Source: an uncultured Collinsella sp.
Lineage (GTDB): Bacteria; Actinomycetota; Coriobacteriia; Coriobacteriales; Coriobacteriaceae
DNA length: 64,000 nt
Direction: 5' to 3'
Assembly (NCBI GenBank): GCA_900541195.1
Contig: UQIY01000004.1
Location: forward strand, 2,492-66,491
A program made the position numbers and the translations under genes. Position 1 is the stretch's first letter. The number at the start of each line of letters is the position of its first letter. This document shows positions 21,283-30,412 of this stretch, piece by piece. The notes beneath the pieces were generated by a model. It was given only the letters and a program-made list of their open reading frames with translations, did not search any database and was not told the origin of the DNA.

Positions 21283-24165
21283 ATGACGCTACTGTATTTC
21301 CTTACCCTGTTTCCGCTGGTACCGGCGCTGGGCATGCTGCTCGCTCGCGGTGACCGCGCCCGCGATGCGGTGGGGCTCATAGGTTCCGGCATTATTATGG
21401 CGGTGACAGTTGTAGTCGCCGTCATCTTTTTTGGCACGGGTCCGCAGAGCTTTGAGGTTGCCCCCGGCACCTCGCATGTGCTCTCGATCATCAGCTCTGT
21501 CATCGATGTCATTCTGTGCGCCGTCATCCTGTACAACGCGTTCAAATATAGGAACGCGCTCACCACGGTGCTTGGCATAGTCCAGCTGGTGGGCTCGCTT
21601 GCCTTTGCTGCCATGACGCTGCCCGCGGCCGAAGCCGTCACCGCAACGCCGCTCTACCTGGACTATATGAGCGTGATCATGGTCCTCGCCGTCGGCATTG
21701 TCGGCAGCCTAATCTGCGTGTATGCCCTGGGCTACATGAAGGACTTCCAGGCCCACGACGAGCACGAGGCCGCGCTGCGCGGGCAGACCGCGCCCGACCG
21801 ACGCCCTCAGTTCCTGGCGCTTATGTTCCTGTTCCTCTCGGCTATGTTCGTCATCGTGACGAGCGACAACCTTGAGTGGCTGTTCTGCGGCTGGGAAATC
21901 ACCACCGTGTGCTCGTTCCTTATGATTGGCTATACGCGCACGCCCGAGGCCATCAAGAACGCCTTCACCCAGATCATCCTCAACATGCTGGGCGGCATCG
22001 CGTTTTTGGCCGGCCTCATGTACCTGCACGTTAACGGCATGCCGCTGACCATCTCGGGCATGATCGAGCTTTCCGGCGCCGGAACCGCGCAATCCGCGCT
22101 GCTGGTGATGCCGGTCATCCTGTTGTCGCTCGCCGCACTCACCAAGGCCGCACAGATGCCGTTCCACACTTGGCTGCTCGGTGCCATGGTTGCCCCCACC
22201 CCCACGAGCGCCCTGCTGCACTCGTCCACCATGGTCAAAGCTGGCGTGTTCCTGATGGTCAAGCTGAGCCCGCTCTATGCCATCTATCCTGTGACCGGCT
22301 TTATGGTCACGAGTGTGGGTGCCATCACGTTTTTGCTCGCTGCCCTCATGGCCATCTCGCAGAGCAACGCCAAACGTGTGCTCGCGTACTCCACCATTTC
22401 CAACTTGGGCCTCATCAGTGCTTGCCTGGGTGTCGGCGCACCCGAGGCCGTGTGGGCCGCCATCTTCCTGATCCTGTTTCACACGGTGGCAAAGTCGCTG
22501 CTGTTCCTGTGCGTGGGCACGGCCGAGCATCATATCGGCAGCCGCAATATCGAGGACATGGACGGTATGTTCAGCCGCATGCCGCACCTGACGCGTCTGA
22601 TGATGTTGGGCATCATGGGCATGTTCGTGGCGCCGTTTGGCATGCTCGTGTCCAAGTGGGGCGCCCTGGTGGCGTTCGCACAGACTGGCAACGTGCTCAT
22701 GATCATGGTGCTTGCCTTTGGCTCGGCCGCGACGTTTTACTTCTGGGGCAAGTGGCTTGCCAAGCTTTCGGGCGTCGACCCCACGGCTCAAAACGTTGAG
22801 GTCAATGTCCATAAGACCGAATGGATGGCGCTCAACACCATCGCCGCACTGCTGATTCTGTGCTGCGTGGCGTTCCCGATTATCTCGAGCGGTCTGGTGT
22901 CGCCTTACTTGGCCATGGTGTTTGGCCGCGTGCCGTACGTTATTGGCAAGGACTCCATGTATCTGATGGTGGTTATCGTGGCGTTTATCGCCGTGGTGCT
23001 GCTGACTTCATTCCGCGTGAGCAACAAACCGCACGTAAACGTATATCTTTCGGGCGTGGGAACCGACAAATATCGCCATTTCCGCGGCTCGATGGGACAC
23101 GAGGTGAAGGCCGAAAAGCGCAATTGGTACTCGGAGGACGCCCTTGGCGAGAAGCGTATCGGCCCCGCGGGCAGCGTCGTGTGCTGCAGCATTATCTTGT
23201 TTGCGCTGCTGTGTTGCGCGTGGATTGGACCCGAGCGGCTTGCCATGAGTGCGCCCTCGGTGCTGCGTGGCAAGTATTTTGAAGGTTCGGGCGTCGTGGG
23301 CATCTTTATAGGCACCGTGGCGTTTGCCCTGATTGCGCCTTTGGTTGGTGGCCTGATCGATGGTCTTGACCGTAAGCTTTCGGCCCGCATGCAGGGCCGC
23401 GTGGGCCCGCGCTTGCTGCAGCCCTTCTACGACGTTGCCAAGCTGCTGCGCAAGGCCCCTGCCAGCGTAAACACCATGGACGATACCTACATGGCGTGTG
23501 CGCTCATCTTTACCGTGGTGGGCGGCGGCATCTTTGTGTCGGGTTCCAACACGCTGCTGTGCGCTTTTATGGTGACGCTCGCCGCGATCTTTGTGGTGCT
23601 GGCGTCCGCCTCGACGCAAAGCCCGTTTGCCCAGGTCGGCGCCGATCGTGAGTTGCTGCAGGTTATGAGTTACGAGCCCGCCGTTCTGCTGATGAGCGTG
23701 GGCCTGTACCTTGCTACCGATAGCTTCGATTCCATCGCCGTGACGGGGCAGTCGGCCCCCATCATCGTGTACAGCGCGCCTATTTTCCTCGCGCTGCTCG
23801 CGGTGCTTACCATCAAGCTGCGCAAGTCGCCGTTTGACCTTTCGTACTCGCATCACGCGCATCAGGAGATCGTCCAGGGCGTCGCCACCGAGATGAGCGG
23901 CGGCACGCTGGCCAAGATGACCCTTATGCACTGGTGCGAGACCGTGCTGTTTTTGATGTGGGTGGGCATGTTCTTTGTTTGGGACAACCCGGTGAGCTGG
24001 GTCGTAGCCCTGGTCGTGATGGCCGCGACGTATTTTGTCGAGGTGCTGATCGACAACACCTTCGCACGCAGCACCTGGCGCAGCTGCTTTAAGCTCGGAT
24101 GGGGCGTGGCGCTGGTGTTTGGCCTGCTCAACCTTATGCCCATCCTCGTCGACGTGTTTATTTAG
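21283..24165 (+). CDS. Fused membrane subunit of an energy-converting [NiFe] hydrogenase: EchA/HyfB/NuoL-like antiporter module + EchB/HycD/NuoH-like module
   Basis: 960 aa, polytopic. The N-terminal ~640 aa is NuoL/HyfB-like (..AAQMPFHTWLLGAMVAPTPTSALLHSSTMVKAGVFL..). The C-terminal ~290 aa, from about nt 23293, carries the NuoH/HycD signature GLIDGLDRKLSARMQGRVGPRLLQPFYDVAKLL and ..EIVQGVATEMSGG. GGGGGAG RBS. Confidence 0.8.
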   Translation: MTLLYFLTLFPLVPALGMLLARGDRARDAVGLIGSGIIMAVTVVVAVIFFGTGPQSFEVAPGTSHVLSIISSVIDVILCAVILYNAFKYRNALTTVLGIVQLVGSLAFAAMTLPAAEAVTATPLYLDYMSVIMVLAVGIVGSLICVYALGYMKDFQAHDEHEAALRGQTAPDRRPQFLALMFLFLSAMFVIVTSDNLEWLFCGWEITTVCSFLMIGYTRTPEAIKNAFTQIILNMLGGIAFLAGLMYLHVNGMPLTISGMIELSGAGTAQSALLVMPVILLSLAALTKAAQMPFHTWLLGAMVAPTPTSALLHSSTMVKAGVFLMVKLSPLYAIYPVTGFMVTSVGAITFLLAALMAISQSNAKRVLAYSTISNLGLISACLGVGAPEAVWAAIFLILFHTVAKSLLFLCVGTAEHHIGSRNIEDMDGMFSRMPHLTRLMMLGIMGMFVAPFGMLVSKWGALVAFAQTGNVLMIMVLAFGSAATFYFWGKWLAKLSGVDPTAQNVEVNVHKTEWMALNTIAALLILCCVAFPIISSGLVSPYLAMVFGRVPYVIGKDSMYLMVVIVAFIAVVLLTSFRVSNKPHVNVYLSGVGTDKYRHFRGSMGHEVKAEKRNWYSEDALGEKRIGPAGSVVCCSIILFALLCCAWIGPERLAMSAPSVLRGKYFEGSGVVGIFIGTVAFALIAPLVGGLIDGLDRKLSARMQGRVGPRLLQPFYDVAKLLRKAPASVNTMDDTYMACALIFTVVGGGIFVSGSNTLLCAFMVTLAAIFVVLASASTQSPFAQVGADRELLQVMSYEPAVLLMSVGLYLATDSFDSIAVTGQSAPIIVYSAPIFLALLAVLTIKLRKSPFDLSYSHHAHQEIVQGVATEMSGGTLAKMTLMHWCETVLFLMWVGMFFVWDNPVSWVVALVVMAATYFVEVLIDNTFARSTWRSCFKLGWGVALVFGLLNLMPILVDVFI

Positions 24166-24177
24166 GAGGCGGCATCC

Positions 24178-24795
24178 ATGGATCATAAAATGTCGCGCTC
24201 GCCGTGGGTTATTCATTACGACGGCTCGAGCTGCAACGGATGCGATATCGAGGTGCTGGCCTCGCTCACGCCGCTGTTCGATGCGGAGCGCTTTGGCGTG
24301 GTCAACACCGGCAACCCCAAGCATGCGGATATCTTTTTGGTGACGGGGTCGGTTAACGCTCAGAACCTGCCCGTCGTGCGCCAGATCTACAACCAGATGC
24401 TCGAGCCCAAGTGCGTGGTGGCGTGCGGCATCTGCGCGTGCTCGGGCGGCGTATTCCGCGATGCCTACAACGTGATCGGAGGCGTGGACCGCGCGATTCC
24501 CGTGGACGTATACGCGCCCGGGTGCGCCATTCGTCCCGAGACGGTGATTGATGCCATCGTGGAGGCGTGCGGCATCCTGGATCAGAAGGAGGCCGTGATG
24601 CGTGCTGGCGGTGACCCGCTTACCGTGGGCGGTGCTGCTACCTGGGATGGCGGCGTTGAGCTGGGCGAGGACGGATTTGTGGCTGCGGGGGCCGGGGCTG
24701 ACGGTGCCGGTGACGCGCCTGCCGGGAAGCCCGCCGCGCCCGTCGCTGGCGACGCATCTGCTGAGACGCCCGCCGCTGCAAAGGAGGCCGAGTAA
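24178..24795 (+). CDS. echC: [NiFe] hydrogenase small subunit, NuoB/EchC/HycG family, with an Ala/Gly/Asp-rich C-terminal tail
   Basis: CNGCDIE..., PKHADIFLVTG and CGICACSGG motifs are typical of NuoB-type 4Fe-4S subunits. About the last 65 aa are low complexity. Confidence 0.75.
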   Translation: MDHKMSRSPWVIHYDGSSCNGCDIEVLASLTPLFDAERFGVVNTGNPKHADIFLVTGSVNAQNLPVVRQIYNQMLEPKCVVACGICACSGGVFRDAYNVIGGVDRAIPVDVYAPGCAIRPETVIDAIVEACGILDQKEAVMRAGGDPLTVGGAATWDGGVELGEDGFVAAGAGADGAGDAPAGKPAAPVAGDASAETPAAAKEAE

Positions 24796-25493
24796 TGCAG
24801 AAGGCTATCTATACCACCGTCGGGATCGACGAGCTTCTGTCGCATGTCCAGGCGCTCAAGGGCGTCGGCGCGCGCTTTGTGCAAATGCATGCCGAGCGCA
24901 ACGTCGACGACGGCACGTATCGCCTGGTCTATACGTTTATCAACGTTCGTGCTGCACAGGAGCAGATCGCTCAGGATGGCAGCTATGCGATCGAGAACCT
25001 GGTGGTCGAGGGCATCGACCAGTACCAGGAGATTCCGTCCATCAGTTCGTATTATCCGGCGGTATTCCCGTTTGAGAACGAGGCGCACGACCTGTTTGGG
25101 CTTGCCATTACCGATATGCAGATCGACTTTAAGGGCTTTTTCTACCAGGTCTCAACGGCCGAGCCCATGAGCGTTATCACACCCGAGGTGAAGGCCGCGC
25201 GCGAGAAAGCCATGAAGGTCCGTGCCGCCGCAGAGGCCAAGGCGCGCAAGGCCGCGGCCGAGAAGGCTGCTGCCGCTGCTGCCGCGGGGGAGGGTGCTGC
25301 GGGTGCTACTGTCGCTCAGCCCGCTGCGGCTACCGGCTCCGATGCTCAGCACGATGAAGCTGCTGCCAAGGCCGCACTTAAGGCTGCCGAGATGGAGGCA
25401 AAGCTCGCCGCCATGGATCCCGAGAAAGCGGCCAAGGTCCGCGCGGCGCTTGCTGCCAAGGCCGCCCGCGACAAGCAGAAAAAGGAGGCGTAA
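24795..25493 (+). CDS. echD: NuoC/EchD-like hydrogenase subunit with a long Ala/Lys/Glu-rich C-terminal extension
   Basis: The ATG overlaps the upstream TAA. The N-terminal ~120 aa resembles the 30-kDa NuoC/HycE-N fold (..YPAVFPFENEAHDLFG..). The C-terminal ~100 aa is AEAKARKAAAEKAAAAAA... low complexity. Confidence 0.6.
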   Translation: MQKAIYTTVGIDELLSHVQALKGVGARFVQMHAERNVDDGTYRLVYTFINVRAAQEQIAQDGSYAIENLVVEGIDQYQEIPSISSYYPAVFPFENEAHDLFGLAITDMQIDFKGFFYQVSTAEPMSVITPEVKAAREKAMKVRAAAEAKARKAAAEKAAAAAAAGEGAAGATVAQPAAATGSDAQHDEAAAKAALKAAEMEAKLAAMDPEKAAKVRAALAAKAARDKQKKEA

Positions 25494-25498
25494 GGTCC

Positions 25499-26587
25499 AT
25501 GGCACATCGCTCCGTTATTCCGTTTGGCCCGCAACACCCGGTGCTGCCCGAGCCGCTTCATCTGGACCTGGTGATCGAGGATGACCGCGTCATCGAGGCA
25601 ATTCCGCAGATCGGTTTTGTGCACCGCGGACTCGAGAAGCTCACCGAAAAGCGCGACATGCACCAGTTTGGCTACATCGCCGAGCGCATCTGCGGCATCT
25701 GCGCCGTGGGCCACAGCTATGGCTATGCCAGCGCCTGCGAGCGCATGCTCGACATCGAGGTGCCCGGCCGCGCGCAGTATATCCGCACCATTTTGCACGA
25801 GCTTTCGCGCATCCACTCGCACCTGCTGTGGCTGGGCCTGCTCGCCGATGCCTTTGGCTTCGAGGCGCTGTTCTATCGTTCGTGGACGCTGCGCGAGCAG
25901 ATTCTCAAGATCTTCGAGAGCACGTGCGGTGGTCGCGTGATTCTGTCGATCAACGAGATCGGCGGCCTTAAGCACGACATTGAGGACTCCGAGCTGGCGG
26001 GTATTGTCCAGACGCTCGATGCCATGCGTCCCGACTACGAGGCCCTGGTGCATACGTTTTTGGACGACAATAGCTGCGGCGAGCGCCTGCATGGCGTGGG
26101 CGTGATCAGCAAGAAGGACGCGCTGAATCTGTCGATGGTCGGCCCGTTCGGTCGCGCCTCGGGCGTGGATTACGACGTGCGCATGTTTGGCGACGGTGCC
26201 TATGCAGGCCTGGCAGCATTTGAGCCCATCGTTGCTACCGACGGCGACTGCTATGCCCGCTGCCAGGTGCGTTGTGCCGAGGTCACGCAGGCCATGGACA
26301 TCATCAAGGAGCTTGTGGGCAAGATCCCGCACGACGGTATCGGCGGGCGCACCAAGCTCACGCCGGCCGACGGCGCGCGCGGCGAGGTTGTGATTGAGCA
26401 GCCGCGCGGCGAGGCGTACTACTATGTGCGCGGTAACGGCACCAAGAATCTGGACCGTTTTCGCGTGCGCACGCCGACGTCGCAAAATCTGGCGGGTCTG
26501 ACGCATGCGTTGCAGGGCGTGCTCCTTGCCAACGTGCCCATGATTATCCTGACCATCGACCCCTGCATTAGCTGCACGGAAAGGTAG
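25499..26587 (+). CDS. echE: Group 4 [NiFe] hydrogenase large (catalytic) subunit, EchE/HycE/NuoD family
   Basis: 362 aa. N-terminal Ni-binding RICGICAVGHS and C-terminal DPCISCTER CxxC pairs are present. Size matches Ech-type large subunits. Confidence 0.85.
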   Translation: MAHRSVIPFGPQHPVLPEPLHLDLVIEDDRVIEAIPQIGFVHRGLEKLTEKRDMHQFGYIAERICGICAVGHSYGYASACERMLDIEVPGRAQYIRTILHELSRIHSHLLWLGLLADAFGFEALFYRSWTLREQILKIFESTCGGRVILSINEIGGLKHDIEDSELAGIVQTLDAMRPDYEALVHTFLDDNSCGERLHGVGVISKKDALNLSMVGPFGRASGVDYDVRMFGDGAYAGLAAFEPIVATDGDCYARCQVRCAEVTQAMDIIKELVGKIPHDGIGGRTKLTPADGARGEVVIEQPRGEAYYYVRGNGTKNLDRFRVRTPTSQNLAGLTHALQGVLLANVPMIILTIDPCISCTER

Positions 26588-26594
26588 GCGCGGC

Positions 26595-26936
26595 ATGAGT
26601 TTACTGACATTTGCCAAGACGGCCTTGGGCTCTATGGTCAAGCAGCCGGTCACGGTGTGCTATCCGCAGGAAAAGCTCGTGGCGCCCGAGCGCCTGCGCG
26701 GGCACATCGTTAACGACATGGACGTGTGCATTTGCTGCGGCATGTGCGCGCGTCGCTGCCCGGCGGGCGCGCTTGCGGTCGATCGCAAGGGTGGTACCTG
26801 GTCGATTGACCCGTATGCCTGCGTGGTGTGCGGTGAGTGCATCGAAAGCTGTCCCAAACACTGCCTGACTATGGACACCGCCCGCACTCCAGTTGCGGCG
26901 GACAAGACTCCCACGGTAGAAACCAAGCCGGAGTAG
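26595..26936 (+). CDS. echF: 2x[4Fe-4S] ferredoxin-type subunit, EchF/HycF/NuoI family
   Basis: 113 aa with CICCGMCARRCP and CVVCGECIESCP motifs. Last gene of the operon. Confidence 0.8.
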   Translation: MSLLTFAKTALGSMVKQPVTVCYPQEKLVAPERLRGHIVNDMDVCICCGMCARRCPAGALAVDRKGGTWSIDPYACVVCGECIESCPKHCLTMDTARTPVAADKTPTVETKPE

Positions 26937-26957
26937 CGTTGGAATAGAGTTGGAATA

Positions 26958-26991
26958 GGGGCCGGTGGGGCAAAATTGCCCCACCGGCCCC
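26958..26991. terminator. Strong hairpin after the ech operon (no U-tract; possible terminator)
   Basis: Perfect 13-bp stem GGGGCCGGTGGGG / CCCCACCGGCCCC with an 8-nt loop. Confidence 0.45.
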
Positions 26992-27019
26992 GCGCTTAAA
27001 CGCGCGGTTGGGCCGCCGC

Positions 27020-27176
27020 GAACAAAACTATGCCGGATTACGGGGCTGGATAGCGAACCCCCGACCATACCGAAAACCACGAAAATAAAACCGCAGGTAG
27101 ATAGCTTGCTGTTTTTCAAAAAATGAAGGTATGGATGAGGGCTCCGGCTTTAGCCCCGTAATCCGGCATAGTTTTG
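27020..27176. repeat. MITE-like element copy 1 (about 157 bp, 24-bp perfect terminal inverted repeats)
   Basis: CAAAACTATGCCGGATTACGGGGC (27023-27046) is the exact reverse complement of 27153-27176. No credible coding capacity. Confidence 0.7.
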
Positions 27177-27282
27177 AAATGCCACCATATCAGTACCAGC
27201 CCCTGATCTCCCGTGGACAGAGGGAAACGGATCATTTTGGTCCCGCGAGGCTTGCGGAGGCACTCGTGCAGGGCCGCCCGAA

Positions 27283-27436
27283 CAAAACTATGTCGGTTTA
27301 CTACGATGAATTCGACATTCCCGACCATGACTGCATTTTTCTAAATATTGCAAGCGTTCTACCTGCGGTTTTGCAAGCGCGCAATTTACCGTGGTCGAAG
27401 GTGGGCGATTCATCGTAGTAAACCGGCATAGTTTTG
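27283..27436. repeat. MITE-like element copy 2, core in opposite orientation to copy 1
   Basis: Terminal inverted repeats CAAAACTATGTCGGTTTACTACGATGAA (27283-27310) and 27409-27436 match 27/28. The core shares TCTACCTGCGGTTTT and GCAAGC with the reverse complement of copy 1. The outer flanks (GGCCGCC.CGAA ... GAAATG.CA) are direct repeats. Confidence 0.65.
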
Positions 27437-27496
27437 AAATGGCATTAAAACGGTAGCAGCCATTTTGCTATGCCGGGGTGGTCGGCCGTTGGGTAA

Positions 27497-28126
27497 TTAC
27501 CCTCGCAGGTAGGCGATGGCAATCTGCGTGCGGTTGCGCAGGCCCATTTTGGCAAGGATTGAGCTGATGTGGTTGCGCACGGTGCCTTCACCCATGTATG
27601 CCGTGGCGGCAATCTCCTTGTTGTCGAGGCCACGGGCGATGAGCTCGGCGACTTCGAACTCGCGGTCGGTCAGGCTGACAAAGGCCGCGGGCCGGCGGAG
27701 TGTGCCCGCCTCAACGCCCGTTCCGTCAAAATCGATGTCCTCGATCGCCTTGCCCTCGAGCACGCGCCTACCGTCCATGACCTGCTCCAACGCCGGTGGA
27801 ATGGCGGCGACATCGGTTTTAATTAGGTAGCCGCGGGCGCCCAGCTTGAGCGCCGACACAATGTACTCGTCATCCGAGAATGTCGTCAAAAACACGACGC
27901 GTGCCGCGGGGTCGTGCTCAAGGATCTCGCGTGCCGCCGAAAGTCCGTCACGCCCCGGCATCTGAATGTCGAGCAGTGCGATATCGGGCGCGTGTTCGGC
28001 ATAGAGCGAAACCGCATCGTTGCCGTTGGCACCGGTGCCCGCCACTTCGATCTGCGGCTGGGCGCCCAGGATAATCTTGAGCGAATCGACCACCAAGCGG
28101 TCGTCGTCGACAACGATGAGCCTCAT
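27497..28126 (-). CDS. NarL/LuxR-family response regulator
   Basis: 209 aa. Receiver domain (MRLIVVDDD..DIALLDIQMPG) plus a C-terminal LuxR HTH (LTDREFEVAELIARGLDNKEIA). The start overlaps the kinase stop. Confidence 0.9.
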   Translation of the reverse strand: MRLIVVDDDRLVVDSLKIILGAQPQIEVAGTGANGNDAVSLYAEHAPDIALLDIQMPGRDGLSAAREILEHDPAARVVFLTTFSDDEYIVSALKLGARGYLIKTDVAAIPPALEQVMDGRRVLEGKAIEDIDFDGTGVEAGTLRRPAAFVSLTDREFEVAELIARGLDNKEIAATAYMGEGTVRNHISSILAKMGLRNRTQIAIAYLRG

Positions 28127-29268
28127 CAGTCCTCATCTCCTTGCTGTTTGGGAACGGTGGCAAACACGCGCCAGCCGCCGGCGCCGGCACGCGGACCGGC
28201 GGTGAAGGTGCCGCCAAGCGCCTCGATGCGCTCGCGCATGGAGGCAAGCCCCATGCCCTCCGCGGCGCCGCGGCTGCTTGCTTGGACCCCGCCCGTGCCA
28301 TCGTCGGTAACGATGAGCTGGTAAAACGACGGATGCTCCATGCACCGTACGGTGACAGTACGGGCGCAAGCGTGGCGCATGGTGTTGGAGAGCGCCTCGC
28401 GCAGGACTGCCGCAAAGCAGTTGGCGACGTTTGCGGGCGCATGTTCGGCCATAACTTCAAGCTCAATCTGCGGGCCGCCGTCCGAGTGCGCGCCTTCGAC
28501 AATGCGTTCGAGCTGCACGGAAAGGTCGACGGCGTTGTCGTTGAGCGCGTGGACGCTGGTGCGCACAAGCTGGAGCGCCTCGTCAACCGTGCGTTTGACG
28601 TCGGCGAAATCGGCGGCAACCCTGGGCTCGTCGGCGTGCACGACGCGCAGGGCCTCGGTCTGCAGCGAGGCGCGCGTGAGCTGGTGGCCGACGTTATCGT
28701 GGATCTCGCGCGCGATACGGGCGCGTTCGGCGAGTGTCGCGAGCTCAACTTCGTAGTCCTGACGATCGGCAAGGTCGCGGTTGCGCGCTTCGAGCGCGAG
28801 AGCTCGTTCCTGCAGCTCGTCGCGGATGCGGCGCATGCGCTGCTGCTCGCGCTCCAACTGGGCGGTACGTAGCGATAACAAGGTGGCGGCAACTGAAAGG
28901 ATGGCGGTCAGTAGAAACGTTCGGGCGGTGAGCGCGTCGGCGCGTAGGTCCGCAATGAGCGCAAAAGCAAAGACGGAGCCAATGCTCAGTGCGATCCAGG
29001 CACGCTCACGGTGCACGCGTCGTGCGATGTCATAGAGGGCGAGAGGCGCAAACGGCACAAACGGCGGCACGAAGACGGCCGCGATGATGTAAGCGCAGCT
29101 CGCGGCCTCGCTTGTGCGGCGCGTGCGTTCCTTCTGCGCGAGCTCGGCCAGCGAGGTGGCAATAACACCAAGGCAAAACGCCGCGACCAGGCGAGCGTCC
29201 ACAGCAAGGCCCGTGGCGGCTGCGATGCAGCACGCCAGCACGATCGATTTGTCGAAAAGCCTGTTCAT
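28126..29268 (-). CDS. Sensor histidine kinase, HisKA_3 (NarL-partner) type
   Basis: ARIAREIHDNVGHQLT H-box and GMGLASMRERIEALGG G-box, with N-terminal TM helices. I prefer the start at ATG 29268 (MNRLFDKS). A TACAAT hexamer 6 nt upstream (29275-29280 on the complement) suggests a leaderless mRNA. The track start at 29445 is a TTG only 19 bp from the divergent gene. Confidence 0.8.
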   Translation of the reverse strand: MNRLFDKSIVLACCIAAATGLAVDARLVAAFCLGVIATSLAELAQKERTRRTSEAASCAYIIAAVFVPPFVPFAPLALYDIARRVHRERAWIALSIGSVFAFALIADLRADALTARTFLLTAILSVAATLLSLRTAQLEREQQRMRRIRDELQERALALEARNRDLADRQDYEVELATLAERARIAREIHDNVGHQLTRASLQTEALRVVHADEPRVAADFADVKRTVDEALQLVRTSVHALNDNAVDLSVQLERIVEGAHSDGGPQIELEVMAEHAPANVANCFAAVLREALSNTMRHACARTVTVRCMEHPSFYQLIVTDDGTGGVQASSRGAAEGMGLASMRERIEALGGTFTAGPRAGAGGWRVFATVPKQQGDED

Positions 29269-29464
29269 ACGGGTATTGTACGCGAAGCCGCGCGTAGTGG
29301 AGGGGCCGCCTGCGCAACCGTGACATTCCTCCCGCGCGACAAATCGGGGGCGTCGGCGGCCACACGGCCAAGCCCCGCACTCGTGACAAAGCTCACTGGC
29401 GCGCGCCGGCGGCTCCTGCGATGATGCAATCGTACCGGGCCGCAATCAACAGGAGGGCCGCCTC

Positions 29465-30403
29465 ATGACAGACATCGTCCACGTCGAAAACCTCGTCAAG
29501 CGCTATGACGACCTTATCGCGCTCGACCACTTTAACCTGAGCATCGCCCCCGGCGAGATCTTTGGCCTGCTGGGCCCCAACGGCTCGGGCAAGACCACGT
29601 CCATCAACTGCATTCTGCAGCTGCTTGCCTACGACAAAGGCACCATCGAGTTGTTCGGCGAGCCCATGACGCCCGCCCGCTATGACTTCAAGCGCCGCAT
29701 CGGCGTGGTGCCGCAGCAGGTGGCGGTATTCGACGAGCTTACGGTGCGCGAGAACATCGACTATTTCTGCAGTCTCTACGTTAACGACCGCAAGCGCCGC
29801 CGCGCGCTCGTGGACGAGGCGATTGACTTTGTCGGGCTGGGTGACTTTACCAAGTTCCGCCCCGGCAAGCTCTCGGGCGGCCTGGCGCGCCGGCTCAACA
29901 TCGCCTGCGGTATCGCGCACAAGCCCGAGCTCATCTTTTTTGACGAGCCCACGGTGGCGGTCGACCCGCAGAGCCGCAACGCCATCCTGGAGGGCATCTG
30001 CCGCCTGCGCGACGAGGGCGCCACGGTGGTGTATACCAGCCATTACATGGAGGAAGTCGAGCAGATCTGCAGCCGCATCATGATCATGGACGGCGGCCGC
30101 GTGCTGGCGCAGGGCACCAACGACGAGCTCAAGCGCATGATTCAGATGGGCGAGCGCGTGACCGTCGAGGTCGGCGCCGTCGAGCCCGCCACGGTCGAGC
30201 GGCTGCATGCTCTCGAGCACGTGCTTTCGGTTGAGCTGTCCGGCGGCGAGCTCGTCTGCACTTGCGAGGCGAGTCCGCACAACCTGGTCGACATCCTCGA
30301 CACGCTGCGCGCCGCCGACGTGGCACTCGGCCGCGTGTGGAGCGAGCCGCCGACCCTCAACGACGTGTTCCTCGAGATCACCGGCCGCGAGCTGCGCGAC
30401 TAG
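29465..30403 (+). CDS. ABC transporter ATP-binding protein (ABC-2 type)
   Basis: GPNGSGKTT Walker A, LSGGLARRL signature, IFFDEPT Walker B. AGGAGGG RBS. Divergent from the two-component system. Confidence 0.9.
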   Translation: MTDIVHVENLVKRYDDLIALDHFNLSIAPGEIFGLLGPNGSGKTTSINCILQLLAYDKGTIELFGEPMTPARYDFKRRIGVVPQQVAVFDELTVRENIDYFCSLYVNDRKRRRALVDEAIDFVGLGDFTKFRPGKLSGGLARRLNIACGIAHKPELIFFDEPTVAVDPQSRNAILEGICRLRDEGATVVYTSHYMEEVEQICSRIMIMDGGRVLAQGTNDELKRMIQMGERVTVEVGAVEPATVERLHALEHVLSVELSGGELVCTCEASPHNLVDILDTLRAADVALGRVWSEPPTLNDVFLEITGRELRD

Positions 30404-30412
30404 GGGGCAGCC

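Noticed and set aside
24598-25490. Ala/Lys/Glu- and Ala/Gly/Asp-rich segments as separate genes or as collagen/S-layer-like repeats
   Set aside because: They are in frame with, and continuous with, the NuoB- and NuoC-like domains. They have no internal starts or RBS, so I treat them as low-complexity tails.
27116-27418. Small ORFs 27116..27328 (-) and 27131..27418 (+) in the ech/TCS intergenic region
   Set aside because: They span the MITE-like repeats and their junction. They have no RBS or motifs, and the two copies differ in orientation, so the reading frames are not conserved.
29269-29445. N-terminal extension of the histidine kinase containing CHEC-X18-CHGC (zinc-ribbon-like)
   Set aside because: It depends on a TTG start only 19 bp from the divergent ABC gene ATG. 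Met-60 (29268) is preceded by TACAAT at leaderless-mRNA spacing. The CxxC pairs may be chance in GC-rich sequence. It remains unresolved and could be checked by N-terminal proteomics or homologue alignment.
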